In this document: in pieces, positions 27,294 to 37,499 of the stretch
Position numbering within the stretch: position 1 is the first letter of the stretch
Layout: each line of letters starts with the position of its first letter
The notes under the pieces: model-generated
The model's database searches: none
What the model was told of the DNA's origin: nothing
Seen by the model: only the letters and a program-made list of their open reading frames with translations
NCBI GenBank assembly: GCA_964628855.1
Contig: CAZVMV010000009.1
Coordinates: 1-45,707 of the forward strand
From: an uncultured Gammaproteobacteria bacterium
GTDB lineage: Bacteria; Patescibacteriota; Patescibacteriia; UBA10025; JAHIVO01
Direction: 5' to 3'
Length of the DNA: 45,707 nucleotides
Made by a program: the position numbers and the translations under genes

Positions 27294-27776
27294 TCACGCC
27301 ACCTGTGAGGAAGGGTTTTGGGTGACATTGGATCCCTCCGTTTGCTCACTGTTTTGTATTGGCCTAATTTCTTCCCTGACCAGGCGCCCGTCGCGGATGC
27401 AGAACACCATTGAGCCCATTTCGCGCGGATGCGACATGAGGCGGTGAAGGCGCGGCAAGGCGCACTGCTTCTGTTCGTAGCCTTTGTCGGTATAAAAACC
27501 GACAGTGAGCATGCTGGAGGCTGAGTTGCCCTCCCCGACAATTTCCGATTTGATCAGGCTGATCATGCCGGTGAAATTTGTCGGTCGATCATTCCCGTCC
27601 TGGAGGATGGAAAATGTTGCCAGCATCAGTCCATCGGGATCTGACGCCTCGAAAGAAAACAGCGCGTTTTCTGCGCAGACCAGCTCCCCGAGTGGGATTG
27701 GGCTGGTTTCGCCTTTAGCAACATCCAAAGCCTGCATGAATCGTTCATAATCGGACAACTGTTTCTCGGTATCCAT
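27294..27776 (-). CDS. hypothetical cytoplasmic protein
   Basis: 160 aa, SD GGAGGTGA 6 nt before ATG 27776; no family recognised. Confidence 0.5.
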   Translation of the reverse strand: MDTEKQLSDYERFMQALDVAKGETSPIPLGELVCAENALFSFEASDPDGLMLATFSILQDGNDRPTNFTGMISLIKSEIVGEGNSASSMLTVGFYTDKGYEQKQCALPRLHRLMSHPREMGSMVFCIRDGRLVREEIRPIQNSEQTEGSNVTQNPSSQVA

Positions 27777-28041
27777 CTGAAATCACCTCCTTTAAAGGGC
27801 AATGTGGTTGTTTTTTGTTTTTGTATGGCTATGGAAGCCGTTGCAAGTATACGTACCTAATACGCGCAGTCAAGGCCTTGACATTTTTTTAGTATTATGC
27901 TAGGATGAGCGGAAAAATTAAAACCAAATCAGCAATCTGCTACAGAAAGAAAGGAGGCTTTTTAGTAGCAAAAAGGGATGTTTGAAAATTTGAACAAACG
28001 AATTGTGATCAGTAACCGCTAACCTCAATCAAGGAGTGTGT

Positions 28042-30228
28042 ATGTCCACGTTGATTTTCTTAGTACTTCTCGGGCTCGGGTTATATTTCCTGGTCCCGAA
28101 CCTGCTGAGACGATTTACTCAGGGTGGCGAAACCGAGGGTTTCGACGCCCGTCGTTATGACGAACTGTCCCGTAAGATGGAGGAATACCCGTACAGGAGC
28201 CGTGTGCCGGAGAGCCTGCAGGACGAATGGGACGAGCTTCAGGAGTTAAAGCTGCAGAAACAGCAGCGGGAGTCTGGCAGCAGATCACGCGGTATGAGCC
28301 CCGGTCTGGCCAATAACCTGATCAGGCTGTCACGCGCTCTCGGTGTCATCATGCTGGTGCTGGCGGTGTTCAGCACGAGCGCGTTCATCGTACCGCAGAA
28401 CCATTCCGGACATGCCAAACGGAAGTATTTCGGCGGCGACATGGCGACCGGACAGATCATCGCCGATGAAGGCCAGAACGGCCCGCAGAAGAAGCTCTAT
28501 TTGCCCGGACTCAATTTCGAATTCATGATCCGCGTCACCACCGAGCTGGAATACAAGCCGGACATCGTGGTGCCGGACGGCAAGGTGTTGACCCTACTTG
28601 CCAATGACGGCCGTGACAAGCCGTCTGAGCAGTATTTCGCGGCAGAATGGGATACCACTAAAGTCGACAAGAAGAAGATGCTGGAAGACGCGGTGTATGC
28701 CCTCGAACGTGACGCCAACGGGAATATCATGCGCCTGCAGAAAGGCCCGCAGGTGGTGGCGTTCCCGCCCGGCACGTACAGGTTCAACCAGTACCTGTAC
28801 ACGTTCGATACGACGGCGGCCCTGACTGACATCCATCCCGGTGAAGCCGGCATCATGAAATTCAACTACGGCAAGGTGTTCGACCCGAAACTGCTCTATG
28901 ATCCGACCAGCCCCTACTACAACGTATTTCCGACCAAGCTGCTGGAAACCGATCGTCCGATCAAATCCGTAGCCATCAGGGCGAAGCTTGTGCCAAAAGG
29001 TTTCAGGGAAACTGCAGACCAGACGTTTGATTACGCCTGGCTGGACGATCCCGAATCCAAATGGTACAAGTATTTCCCCGAGGAGTACAACGAACTGACG
29101 AAGGATATGGTCCGCGACGCCAAACTGGTGCCGCCCGGCCATATCGGCGTATGCTGGGACGTGCTGAAAGAGGGTAAGTACGCCTTCAATCCGCAGGCTG
29201 TCCAGGTGTATCCGCTTTCCATGAAGACGCAGACATACAACTATTGGGGCGGATTCATCGTCGATGCCGAAGGGATCGATTTTGCTCCGAATGCAAAGAT
29301 CCCCGAAGGCGCGGCCGATGTTGCCACGGACGCCATCAGCAAAGACGGCTTCCGCATGTTCATCGAATACCGTGCTCTCGTGAAAGTCACGCCTCGACAG
29401 GCGCCGTATGCGTTTGTCACCTGGGGTGAGTGGAACGACATCGAAAACAAGACGGTGACTCCCGATTCGCGGTCAGTGATGCGCAACAATGCGCAGAACG
29501 CAGTATGTCTCCAGTATTTTAAGGATCGTCAAGAGCAGGAATCGGCTACGTATGCCCAAATGTTTGAGCAAATGCTAAGCAAGGGCATCACCACCGTCGA
29601 CATCAATTTCGGTGAAATCCGTATCGATCCGAACCTTCTGGCCACGCAAACCCGTACTGTTTTGGCCGAGCAGAACAAACTGGCCTGGCAGGCGGAGGAG
29701 CAGGAGCAGCGGGCACGCATCAATACTGAGGAGCAGCGGGCGCTGGCCGACCAACAGCAGGAACTGGTCAAGGCCGACATCGCCAAGCAGCGGGCCGAGT
29801 ACTACCGGGACCAGAAGGACCTGGAAGGACAGGGCGACGCAAAGTACGCGGCGCAGTTGTCAGAAGGCCAGCAATTGCTGTATCGGTCGTTGGCAGAAGT
29901 CATCGGTTCGGACAATTTTGCCCGGCTCGAGATGCTGAAGGTCCTGAAGGAGATGGGAGTGAAGAACATTACTCCATTATTCATGTACAATGGGGCCGGC
30001 GGCTTCAACGACATGGGGCCTCTGCACGGTACGATGCTCTCCAGTTTCATGATGAGTCCCCAGATTCAGGAACAGATGCAGAAGTATGGCCTGACAGTCG
30101 AGGATTTCTTGCCGGCGAAGCCTGCTGATTCGTCCGGACAGAATCCTGATTCTACCGGTGTACCACCGGCGACGACACCGTCACCGACCCCGACCCCGGC
30201 AGAGTCCGACAGTTCAAAAACAGAATAA
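28042..30228 (+). CDS. large SPFH/band-7/flotillin-like membrane protein
   Basis: Two N-terminal TM segments, an SPFH-like start (LYLPGLNFEFMIRVTTELEYKPDIVVPDGKVL...), a Gln/Glu/Ala/Arg-rich coiled coil (QEQRARINTEEQRALADQQQELVKADIAKQRAEYYRDQ), and a Pro/Thr/Ser-rich tail. SD AAGGAG 5 nt before ATG 28042; GC-rich codon usage. Confidence 0.45.
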   Translation: MSTLIFLVLLGLGLYFLVPNLLRRFTQGGETEGFDARRYDELSRKMEEYPYRSRVPESLQDEWDELQELKLQKQQRESGSRSRGMSPGLANNLIRLSRALGVIMLVLAVFSTSAFIVPQNHSGHAKRKYFGGDMATGQIIADEGQNGPQKKLYLPGLNFEFMIRVTTELEYKPDIVVPDGKVLTLLANDGRDKPSEQYFAAEWDTTKVDKKKMLEDAVYALERDANGNIMRLQKGPQVVAFPPGTYRFNQYLYTFDTTAALTDIHPGEAGIMKFNYGKVFDPKLLYDPTSPYYNVFPTKLLETDRPIKSVAIRAKLVPKGFRETADQTFDYAWLDDPESKWYKYFPEEYNELTKDMVRDAKLVPPGHIGVCWDVLKEGKYAFNPQAVQVYPLSMKTQTYNYWGGFIVDAEGIDFAPNAKIPEGAADVATDAISKDGFRMFIEYRALVKVTPRQAPYAFVTWGEWNDIENKTVTPDSRSVMRNNAQNAVCLQYFKDRQEQESATYAQMFEQMLSKGITTVDINFGEIRIDPNLLATQTRTVLAEQNKLAWQAEEQEQRARINTEEQRALADQQQELVKADIAKQRAEYYRDQKDLEGQGDAKYAAQLSEGQQLLYRSLAEVIGSDNFARLEMLKVLKEMGVKNITPLFMYNGAGGFNDMGPLHGTMLSSFMMSPQIQEQMQKYGLTVEDFLPAKPADSSGQNPDSTGVPPATTPSPTPTPAESDSSKTE

Positions 30229-30254
30229 GGAGGAAATAGCTACTTTATCTCATT

Positions 30255-30290
30255 GGGCGCGACCATTCGTGGTTGCGCCTTTTTTATTTA
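30255..30290 (+). terminator. intrinsic terminator after the SPFH-like gene
   Basis: GGGCGCGACC attcgt GGTTGCGCC followed by TTTTTTATTT. Confidence 0.7.
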
Positions 30291-30298
30291 TAAAAATG

Positions 30299-30327
30299 CT
30301 TGACAGGGGCTAATTTTATTGTAAGAT
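30299..30327 (+). promoter_or_regulatory. sigma70-like promoter for the M32 peptidase gene
   Basis: TTGACA N16 TAAGAT. Confidence 0.4.
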
Positions 30328-30404
30328 AACCTAATTCTTCGGGAAATTATCCTATTGAAGAATAATTACAGGAACCGCAAACCATCTAGAAACAGGAGGT
30401 GCCA

Positions 30405-31925
30405 ATGGCACAGCATCCGTACGTTGAAAACCTGATAAAGGTCATGGAGCCGATAAACACCATGGCCAGTATCGGCGGGGTATTGTTTTTTGACCAAAAG
30501 ACAGTCATGCCCGAAAACGGCGCCGCCATGGCTGCCAAACGGATCGGTTTCATGAGCGAAATGGAGCATACCGCCTTCACCCGCGACGAAGTCGGTGCGT
30601 CAATCGACCAGTGCCTCGCGGTCATCGACGCACTGCCCCTGGTGCAGAAGCTGATCATCCGGCGGATGAAAATGTCGTTTGAAATGGCGCGTATCCTGCC
30701 GGCTGATTTCGTTGGCCGGCGCGACCAGGCGCAGATGACGGCTAACCAGGTATGGAAACATGCCCGGGAAGCCGGCGACTACGACGCGTTCAAGCCCCAC
30801 CTGGCCATCATGTTTGACTTTGCCAGGGAAGAGGCGCAGTACCGAGGCGCCAACTCGTCTGACGCCGATTCGGTCTACGACGCGCTCATGTCCACCAAGG
30901 ATCCGGGCATGACGTCGAAAGACGCAGCCGCAATCCTTTCTGATGTCGGCGTATTTCTGTCGGATTTCGTCTCCAGAGTTAAAAGTTCTGGAGTGACGGT
31001 TTCCGATGCGCCGCTGCACGGCTGTTTTTCCGAAGGACGTCAGCGCCGGTTTTTCGAATGGCTGATTTCGCAGATCGGCTATGATTTCTCTTCAGGCGCC
31101 CTGCTGAAGACGACGCATCCGTTCGCCGGTACGATCTGCCACGGCGACCACCGCATCACTACGCGATTCCATGAGGATTTCCTGTCGGCTGGTTTGTTCG
31201 GTACCCTGCACGAATCCGGCCACTCGATGTTCGACATGGGGTGCGACCCGTTTTTCTGGCAGTTCGACAACCGCAGCCTGCCCGCGCCGATGGGCCTCCA
31301 CGAATCCCAGTCGAGGATGTGGGAGAACATGGTCGGCCGGAGTAAGGCGTTCTGGACCTGGGCGTATCCTTATCTGCAGCTCGAATTCCCCAAGTACCGG
31401 GTGATCAGTCTGGAAGATTTTTACCGGGCCATCAACCGGATACAGCCGAGCGCCATCCGCGTTGAGGCTGACGAAGTGACCTACAACGGTCACATCCAGG
31501 TCAGGTACGAGATCGAACGCGGCCTGTTGGATGGCTCCATTAGCCTCGATGATGCACCGCAGGTGTTCGCTGACCTGATGGAGAAGTATGTCGGTTACCG
31601 TCCGGCAAACCTGAAGGAAGGCATCCTCCAGGATGTCCACTGGTCCATGGGTCATTTCGGGTATTTCCCGTCCTATACATTCGGGAACCTGGCCGCCGCC
31701 CAGCTTTTCTACACCTTCTCCCAGGCCAACCCGTGTTTTGTCCAGAATTTCGTCCGCGGAGATTTCGGCATCCTGCTGAACTGGCTCCGCGCTAACATCC
31801 ACGGGACCGGTCTACTGGAGACTACGAATGACGTACTGTCGCGCGTTACCGGTAACCCGCTCAATGCGGCACACTGGAAGAACTACGTCACGGAAAAGTT
31901 CGGCGCCATCTACGGACTGAACTGA
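30405..31925 (+). CDS. M32-family metallocarboxypeptidase (Taq-type carboxypeptidase)
   Basis: HESGHSMFD (HExxH) and the M32 C-terminal block DVHWSMGHFGYFPSYTFGNLAAAQ. SD AGGAGG 5 nt before ATG 30405. GC-rich. Confidence 0.8.
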   Translation: MAQHPYVENLIKVMEPINTMASIGGVLFFDQKTVMPENGAAMAAKRIGFMSEMEHTAFTRDEVGASIDQCLAVIDALPLVQKLIIRRMKMSFEMARILPADFVGRRDQAQMTANQVWKHAREAGDYDAFKPHLAIMFDFAREEAQYRGANSSDADSVYDALMSTKDPGMTSKDAAAILSDVGVFLSDFVSRVKSSGVTVSDAPLHGCFSEGRQRRFFEWLISQIGYDFSSGALLKTTHPFAGTICHGDHRITTRFHEDFLSAGLFGTLHESGHSMFDMGCDPFFWQFDNRSLPAPMGLHESQSRMWENMVGRSKAFWTWAYPYLQLEFPKYRVISLEDFYRAINRIQPSAIRVEADEVTYNGHIQVRYEIERGLLDGSISLDDAPQVFADLMEKYVGYRPANLKEGILQDVHWSMGHFGYFPSYTFGNLAAAQLFYTFSQANPCFVQNFVRGDFGILLNWLRANIHGTGLLETTNDVLSRVTGNPLNAAHWKNYVTEKFGAIYGLN

Positions 31926-31956
31926 CCGAACATTCTATACTCGATTTCACAACAAA

Positions 31957-31993
31957 CCTCCCCAATGGCATCGCCCAGCGGGGAGTTTTTTTA
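31957..31993 (+). terminator. intrinsic terminator after the M32 gene
   Basis: CCTCCCC...GGGGAG followed by T8. Confidence 0.55.
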
Positions 31994-32065
31994 TATCAGG
32001 TTGACACAGGTAGACGTTGGTGGTAAGTTTGTATGCTTGCAAAACTGTAACAGGAGGAAGTCCTT

Positions 32066-32733
32066 TGAGAGCTATACGAGAAGCAATTCGCGAGATCGGA
32101 TTGTGGATCCGGTACTGCTGCGTGTGGCCCGGACTTCCTCCACGTGGAAATCCGGCTGACGCAGACTGCATAGTGGTCCAGGCATTCGGGCGGAATTCGC
32201 AAACTGATGCGGAACTCCGTACGATCGCCGAACTGCGACAGCGCAGCCGCACTGACCTGCTGGCTATAGAGGCGCTCCACAATTTCGGTTTCGATGCTGG
32301 CACGCCGAACGACGAACTGGCACGCGAGTGCGAGGCGGTCATGAACCGTTACCCGAAAATGGTAGCCATCGTCCAATGGGAAGTGGCCGCCGGTTTCGAC
32401 TGGCGCTGGTGCCGATCCAATTCACGGCGCATTATCTGCATCTGGCCCGGGCGTGAGGGGTATCTCAGCACGACTATCGTGCTGAAACAGACGCATGGCA
32501 TCATGCTGTCGCAACACCTGAAATGCCCGATTCAGTTGGCGCATCGCCGGCATATTGTCCGGGCATTCATGATTGCCAGGAAGATTCTGGGTACCACGCC
32601 GATTGTCTTGTGGCAGGGGACTCGCTCATTCGACCGCTGGTCTGTCCAATTCTGGACCAGATCATGGTATCGGTGGGTAGTCCGTGAAACCCTGACCCGC
32701 GTTCACCATCTGGTGACACGTAAAGTCTGGTGA
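32066..32733 (+). CDS. hypothetical Trp/Arg-rich protein, GC-rich
   Basis: SD AGGAGG 7 nt before TTG 32066 (LRAIREAIREIGLW...). The listed ATG 32017 precedes the SD. TTGACA at 31991. Confidence 0.4.
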
Positions 32734-32767
32734 CCGCAGTGGAGATCACTCCCTGCGGTTTTTTAAT

Positions 32768-33616
32768 TTAATATATTTTCGCTACGCGGTCACGGCCAGA
32801 GAGATCTTTTATGAACAGTACTTTCTTGTCCGGTAAGGACCTTTCTACGAAATAATCTACAGCCTTCACCTGCTGGGGTGCAATTTCCAGTAGGGCGATC
32901 CCGCCCGGTGCGAGACGTTTTGGCAGCTGCTGGATCAGCCTGTCCAAAAGTTCCAAACCGAGTTTGCCGCCGTGCAACGCGGTTTTCGGCTCGTGCGGCA
33001 CGTTTTTCATTTCGTTGGTGGTGAGGTAGGGGAGGTTCGCGCAGACCAGGTCGAACTGGACTTTGTCCTTGAATGGTGTCAGCAGGTCGCCTTTCACAAA
33101 AGTGATTTTTTTCGTCATCTTGTGCAGTGCGGCGTTCTTCTTCGCCACAGCCAGTGCTTTGTCCGAAATGTCGGTCATGTACAGTTTTATCCACGGCAAA
33201 TATTTTGCCAGTGAAATGGCGATACAGCCGGAACCGGTACCCACGTCAACGACGGTCGTTTTCCTGTCCGGTGTGGCCTTGGACATGGCGCGTCCGATAT
33301 GAATGGCTTCCTCCACCAGTACTTCCGTATCAGGGCGGGGGATGAGGACGTTCTTGTCGACGAGGAAATTAAGCTTGTAGAATTCCTTCTGTCCGGTCAG
33401 GTAGGCGATCGGCGTGCCGTTAATGCGACGGTTCAGAAGGTTGGCGAATTTCCTTTGCTGGCTTACGTTGACCTTTTTCTCCGGGTGGGAATGCAAAAAC
33501 ATCCGGTCTTTTTTCAATACGGCTGCCAACAGTACTTCCGCGTCGAGATTGGCAGAGTCAGTTTTTGCCTTGCGGAGTTTGGTGATGGCACTCAGTAGCG
33601 TCTGTTGGATGGTCAT
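32768..33616 (-). CDS. prmC: release-factor glutamine N5-methyltransferase PrmC/HemK
   Basis: SAM motif VVDVGTGSGCIAISLA and catalytic motif position reading NLPY instead of the canonical NPPY. Start placed at ATG 33616 (MTIQQTLL...). The listed 33661 start is a TTG overlapping prfA. Confidence 0.8.
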   Translation of the reverse strand: MTIQQTLLSAITKLRKAKTDSANLDAEVLLAAVLKKDRMFLHSHPEKKVNVSQQRKFANLLNRRINGTPIAYLTGQKEFYKLNFLVDKNVLIPRPDTEVLVEEAIHIGRAMSKATPDRKTTVVDVGTGSGCIAISLAKYLPWIKLYMTDISDKALAVAKKNAALHKMTKKITFVKGDLLTPFKDKVQFDLVCANLPYLTTNEMKNVPHEPKTALHGGKLGLELLDRLIQQLPKRLAPGGIALLEIAPQQVKAVDYFVERSLPDKKVLFIKDLSGRDRVAKIY

Positions 33617-33626
33617 AATCGAATTT

Positions 33627-34679
33627 TTATTTCGGTTGATCGGCTTTCTGCAGCGCCTCAATGATCTGGTCCAGATGGCCGTCCAGTATAACCTGCATAT
33701 TGTGGAAATTCTCTTTTATCCGGTGGTCGGTGATCCGGTCCTGGGGGTAGTTATAGGTACGGATTTTTTCAGACCTGTCGCCGGTTCCGATCTGGCTTTT
33801 CCGGGCGTCAGAACGTTCTTTGCGCTTGCGTTCTTCCTCCAGCACCAAAAGCCTGGAACGTAACACCTCCATGGCTTTCATCTTGTTTTGGGTTTGCGAC
33901 CTTTCGTCCTGGCAGGTGACGACCAAGCCGGTGGGTTTATGGGTAATCCGTATGGCAGAATAAGTCGTGTTCACGGATTGTCCGCCGTGGCCTGAGGAGG
34001 TGGTAGCTTCTACGTTGATATCCTCGGGTTTTATCGTCAGGTCAACTTCTTCTGCCTTCGGCATGATGGCGACCGTGGCGGCGGAGGTGTGGACGCGTCC
34101 GCTTTTTTCCGTCTCCGGCACGCGCTGGACACGGTGCACGCCTGATTCGTATTTCAGTTTGCTGTAGACGTTTGAGCCGTTGATTTCAAAAATTGCCTCC
34201 TTATATCCGCCGATGCCGGTGCGGTTCGTGTTCAATAAATGTGTGGACCAGCCCTGGTTTTCGGCATAGTGGGAATACATCCTGAAAAGTTCCGCGGCAA
34301 ATAATGCTGCCTCATCTCCGCCGGTGCCGGCGCGGATTTCGACAATGATATCCTTCTTGTCCAACGGGTCAGCCGGGTTCAATACGGCATTGATTGCCCC
34401 TTCCAAATCTTTCTTGTCCTGCTCCAGTGAATGCAATTCCTCCTCGGCGATCTGTTTCAGCTCATGGTCGCCGGCATCATCCGCTATGGTTTTTTTCGTT
34501 TCCGCGATGGCATTTTCCACCTCTTTCAGCTTCTTGTAATTGTTCAGTGTTTCTCCCAATTCATTGTATTCTTTCGATATTGCCTGTAATTTTTTGGGAT
34601 CGCCGAACACTTCGGGTTTCTCCAGCTCCCGTTCCAGATGCTCATGGCGTTCGTCGAGTTTTTTAATCTTATTTTCCAT
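33627..34679 (-). CDS. prfA: peptide chain release factor 1
   Basis: GGQ motif (SGHGGQSVN) and RF1 domain-2 anticodon-loop region [17 protein letters not shown] (PET at the PxT position); 350 aa. Confidence 0.92.
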   Translation of the reverse strand: MENKIKKLDERHEHLERELEKPEVFGDPKKLQAISKEYNELGETLNNYKKLKEVENAIAETKKTIADDAGDHELKQIAEEELHSLEQDKKDLEGAINAVLNPADPLDKKDIIVEIRAGTGGDEAALFAAELFRMYSHYAENQGWSTHLLNTNRTGIGGYKEAIFEINGSNVYSKLKYESGVHRVQRVPETEKSGRVHTSAATVAIMPKAEEVDLTIKPEDINVEATTSSGHGGQSVNTTYSAIRITHKPTGLVVTCQDERSQTQNKMKAMEVLRSRLLVLEEERKRKERSDARKSQIGTGDRSEKIRTYNYPQDRITDHRIKENFHNMQVILDGHLDQIIEALQKADQPK

Positions 34680-34751
34680 ATATAATTATCGCTTCAAAGA
34701 AAAATCCCCAATATGCAGTATAGCACTTTTGGGGACCTTAAATTTGTATAG

Positions 34752-34985
34752 CTACTTGGATTTCGCGGCTTTCTTCGGTTGGGACTTTTTGCTGGCCATC
34801 CGTTTGAATCGCTCAACACGGCCGCCTTCGTCCATCGTTTTCTGCTTGCCGGTGAAAAATGGATGGCAGACAGAGCAGATTTCCACGCGGATTTCCTCTA
34901 GGGTGGAGCCGGTGGTGAAGGTGTTGCCGCAGGCGCAGACCACCTTGGCGTCAGTGTAATATTTTGGGTGGATGTCGTTTTTCAT
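34752..34985 (-). CDS. rpmE: 50S ribosomal protein L31 (zinc-binding type A)
   Basis: [10 protein letters not shown]...CACGNTF...[10 protein letters not shown]. Start at ATG 34985; the listed 35105 start is an upstream in-frame extension. Confidence 0.88.
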   Translation of the reverse strand: MKNDIHPKYYTDAKVVCACGNTFTTGSTLEEIRVEICSVCHPFFTGKQKTMDEGGRVERFKRMASKKSQPKKAAKSK

Positions 34986-35060
34986 ATGTGTTTTACATTC
35001 TAGCAGAGGGATTTGATGTTGGCAAGTGCCATAAGGGGGTTTTAAAAATAGGCAAATTTG

Positions 35061-35088
35061 TATATTGCCGGTTTTTGGATTGGTTTTA
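35061..35088 (+). promoter_or_regulatory. sigma70-like promoter
   Basis: TTGCCG N16 TATAAT. Confidence 0.45.
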
Positions 35089-35129
35089 TAATTGACAGTA
35101 TCCATGGCTAATGGTAGAACAAAAATATT

Positions 35130-35600
35130 ATGGGATACGGGAGATGGTACAAGACGGGTTTTATGGGAGCGGCAATTGCTATCGGTGCATTTGCTGGCGC
35201 TGGTTTTTGGTTTACCGCTGCCAAATGGGATCCCGCCGCCACTACCGCCTACATCACTTACCGGCCGACTGCACCTGCCGTACTAGGCGCTGAAACTAAT
35301 GTACCGAGCGGTGTCAGCGAGGCTTCGACCAACAAATCCGGCCAGACCGGTCTGACACCAGATCAGGTGGACGGTTTATTCCAATCATATTACCAGAGAC
35401 CGGCTTCATTAGATGAGAAAAGCTATTGGTCCGGAAAAACTAAGGAGCAACTGACGGCATTATTGGAAAAATTTCCGTCGGCCAAACCCCAGATTACAGA
35501 GGTCCATTATGTGCCTGTGTACACTCCGCCTTCGTCAGAAGATTTGCCGACCGACGTGGCTGCGCAACCTTTCCACGTGCCGACAACAGCTAACCAATAG
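35130..35600 (+). CDS. hypothetical exported/membrane-anchored protein
   Basis: Gly/Ala-rich N-terminal TM helix ([16 protein letters not shown]), Pro/Thr-rich remainder. Start uncertain (35130 or 35163). Confidence 0.4.
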   Translation: MGYGRWYKTGFMGAAIAIGAFAGAGFWFTAAKWDPAATTAYITYRPTAPAVLGAETNVPSGVSEASTNKSGQTGLTPDQVDGLFQSYYQRPASLDEKSYWSGKTKEQLTALLEKFPSAKPQITEVHYVPVYTPPSSEDLPTDVAAQPFHVPTTANQ

Positions 35601-35650
35601 ATAAAGGCAATATCCTTAAGCAGACATTTGGAGATTTGTTAAATTAAAAT

Positions 35651-35683
35651 AAGCCGCGGGCAGGAAGCTCGCGGCTTTTGTTA
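35651..35683. terminator. bidirectional intrinsic terminator between convergent genes
   Basis: AAGCCGCG...CGCGGCTT flanked by A- and T-rich runs. Confidence 0.6.
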
Positions 35684-35705
35684 ATACATAGATTTCCGTC
35701 ACCGG

Positions 35706-36860
35706 TCAGGCAGCTATGCGCAGGATCATGGGCAAGCTGCTCAGGGGCTTGGCGCCCGTCCTGGTCATGACGACCGTGTTTTCCAGCCGGACGCCGGTGA
35801 AACCTTCGATGTAGATGCCGGGTTCGATCGAAAATACCATACCGACTCGCAGAACGTTCTTGCCGAACTTTTCGTTCGGGGTGATATGCGGCTTTTCGTG
35901 CTCATCCATGCCGACACCATGGCCGAGAGAATGGATAAACTGTTTGCCGTACCCAGCCGTCTCGATGATATCGCGGGCGATTTTGTCCAGCCGCGTGCCG
36001 GTCATGCCGGGGCGGGCGGTTTTCTGCGCCGTTTGCTGAGCGAGGAGGACGGTATTGAAGATCGCCTCCGCTTTCGGTTCCAGTGTGCCGACGATGATCG
36101 TCCGCGTGGTATCGGTGTGATACCCCTGATACGTGCATCCGTAATCGATGGTGACCAGGTCGCCTCGCCGGATTTTCCGGTCAGTTGGCGTGGCATGGGC
36201 ATAGGCGCCGTTCGGGCCGCTCGCCACGATAGTGGCAAACGACAGTTCGTCCTCGCCGGACTGTTTCCGCAGTTCGCTGTTCAGCCACTGCGCGATCTGT
36301 TTCTCGGTAACGCCTGGCCTGATCCGCGACAGGATATTCCGCAACGCCTTGTCAGCTTTCTGATGGGCGAGGCGGAGGAGGTCGATCTCGGCCGGCGTTT
36401 TGATGATGCGTACCAGATGCATCAGATCGGGAATGGCGCGGACGCTAACTTTCTGTTGCCAGCGTTTCCGCCTGCGTGCTACCCGCAGTTTCTGCGCGAA
36501 GCCATCCGGGATGCTGCCGCTGTCTTTTTCGTAGCCGATAATCATGCGTCCACGGCGCTTGCCGCGGGTGGCTTGGGCGAATATGTCACCCGGGACGTCT
36601 TTACGATCCCAGATGACCACCCGGATCGGCAGCTTGGCGGTCTTGCTTTTGACCTGGTTATAGCGGGCGTCAGTGAATAGCACGACGCCGTCCGGGCGAA
36701 CCAGTACGACGGCATCGCCGCTCGAATGGAATTCGCAGCCGGTGAGATAGCGGATGCTGGCCAAGTCGCGGATGAGCAGACAGCCGGCGCCGGATCGGCG
36801 CACGATCTCCATGATCTTGGCGACTGTTGTTCTGAGGTTAATGTTCATTGTTTCCTCCAA
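35706..36860 (-). CDS. M24-family Xaa-Pro aminopeptidase/dipeptidase (PepP/PepQ-like)
   Basis: Creatinase-like N-domain + pita-bread catalytic domain (DYGCTYQGYHTDTTRT, HSLGHGVGMDEHE, EPGIY). GC-rich. Confidence 0.78.
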   Translation of the reverse strand: MEETMNINLRTTVAKIMEIVRRSGAGCLLIRDLASIRYLTGCEFHSSGDAVVLVRPDGVVLFTDARYNQVKSKTAKLPIRVVIWDRKDVPGDIFAQATRGKRRGRMIIGYEKDSGSIPDGFAQKLRVARRRKRWQQKVSVRAIPDLMHLVRIIKTPAEIDLLRLAHQKADKALRNILSRIRPGVTEKQIAQWLNSELRKQSGEDELSFATIVASGPNGAYAHATPTDRKIRRGDLVTIDYGCTYQGYHTDTTRTIIVGTLEPKAEAIFNTVLLAQQTAQKTARPGMTGTRLDKIARDIIETAGYGKQFIHSLGHGVGMDEHEKPHITPNEKFGKNVLRVGMVFSIEPGIYIEGFTGVRLENTVVMTRTGAKPLSSLPMILRIAA

Positions 36861-37009
36861 TTATACGTGGTTACAGGCTTGTATTTTCTTTTGGTTGAGT
36901 AACCTTAGCAAAGTCTGGTGGAAAATGTCAATGAAGTTATTGAATAATTTAATTCATTTTAGCGCAGCAAAGTTTAACCTTTACTATGATGTGATGGGTA
37001 ATTATTTTT

Positions 37010-37024
37010 TGCTATAATATCTTT
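37010..37024 (+). promoter_or_regulatory. extended -10 promoter giving a leaderless (or near-leaderless) mRNA
   Basis: TGcTATAAT at 37010-37018. The ATG at 37025 is only 6 nt downstream of the -10 hexamer. Confidence 0.45.
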
Positions 37025-37378
37025 ATGAAAACATGCAAAACAATAAGCCAATATATTGCCAATTTTCCCAAACCAGCCCAGTCGGTCCTGAAAAAAATGA
37101 GAGTAGTGATAAAAAAAGCTGCTCCGAAGTCTCATGAGGCGATTAAATACGGGATTCCGACATTCGTATTGAACGGGAAGAACTTGGTGCATTTCGGTGG
37201 GTTCAAAAGCCATGTCAGTTTTTTCCCAACCTCGTCGGGGATACGCGCTTTCGAAAAAGAGCTGGCAAAATACAAAACGTCCAAAGGGACTGTACAATTT
37301 CCATTTAATAAACCTATTCCTTACGGGTTGGTGGTTAGGATTGTCAAATTTCGGGTGAAGGAGAGTATGGGCAAATAA
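37025..37378 (+). CDS. DUF1801-domain protein (YdhG-like)
   Basis: ...KYGIPTFVLNGKNLVHFGGFKSHVSFFP... matches the DUF1801 core; 117 aa. Confidence 0.55.
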   Translation: MKTCKTISQYIANFPKPAQSVLKKMRVVIKKAAPKSHEAIKYGIPTFVLNGKNLVHFGGFKSHVSFFPTSSGIRAFEKELAKYKTSKGTVQFPFNKPIPYGLVVRIVKFRVKESMGK

Positions 37379-37499
37379 AAAATGGCCAATTTGTAATAAT
37401 GCAGACCACCACGGCTGTTTTATTTGACTTTTTTAAGTTATAGGCTAAGATATACCGAAGCAAGCAATTTGAAAACAAGTTTTTTTCGGAGGACATGTC

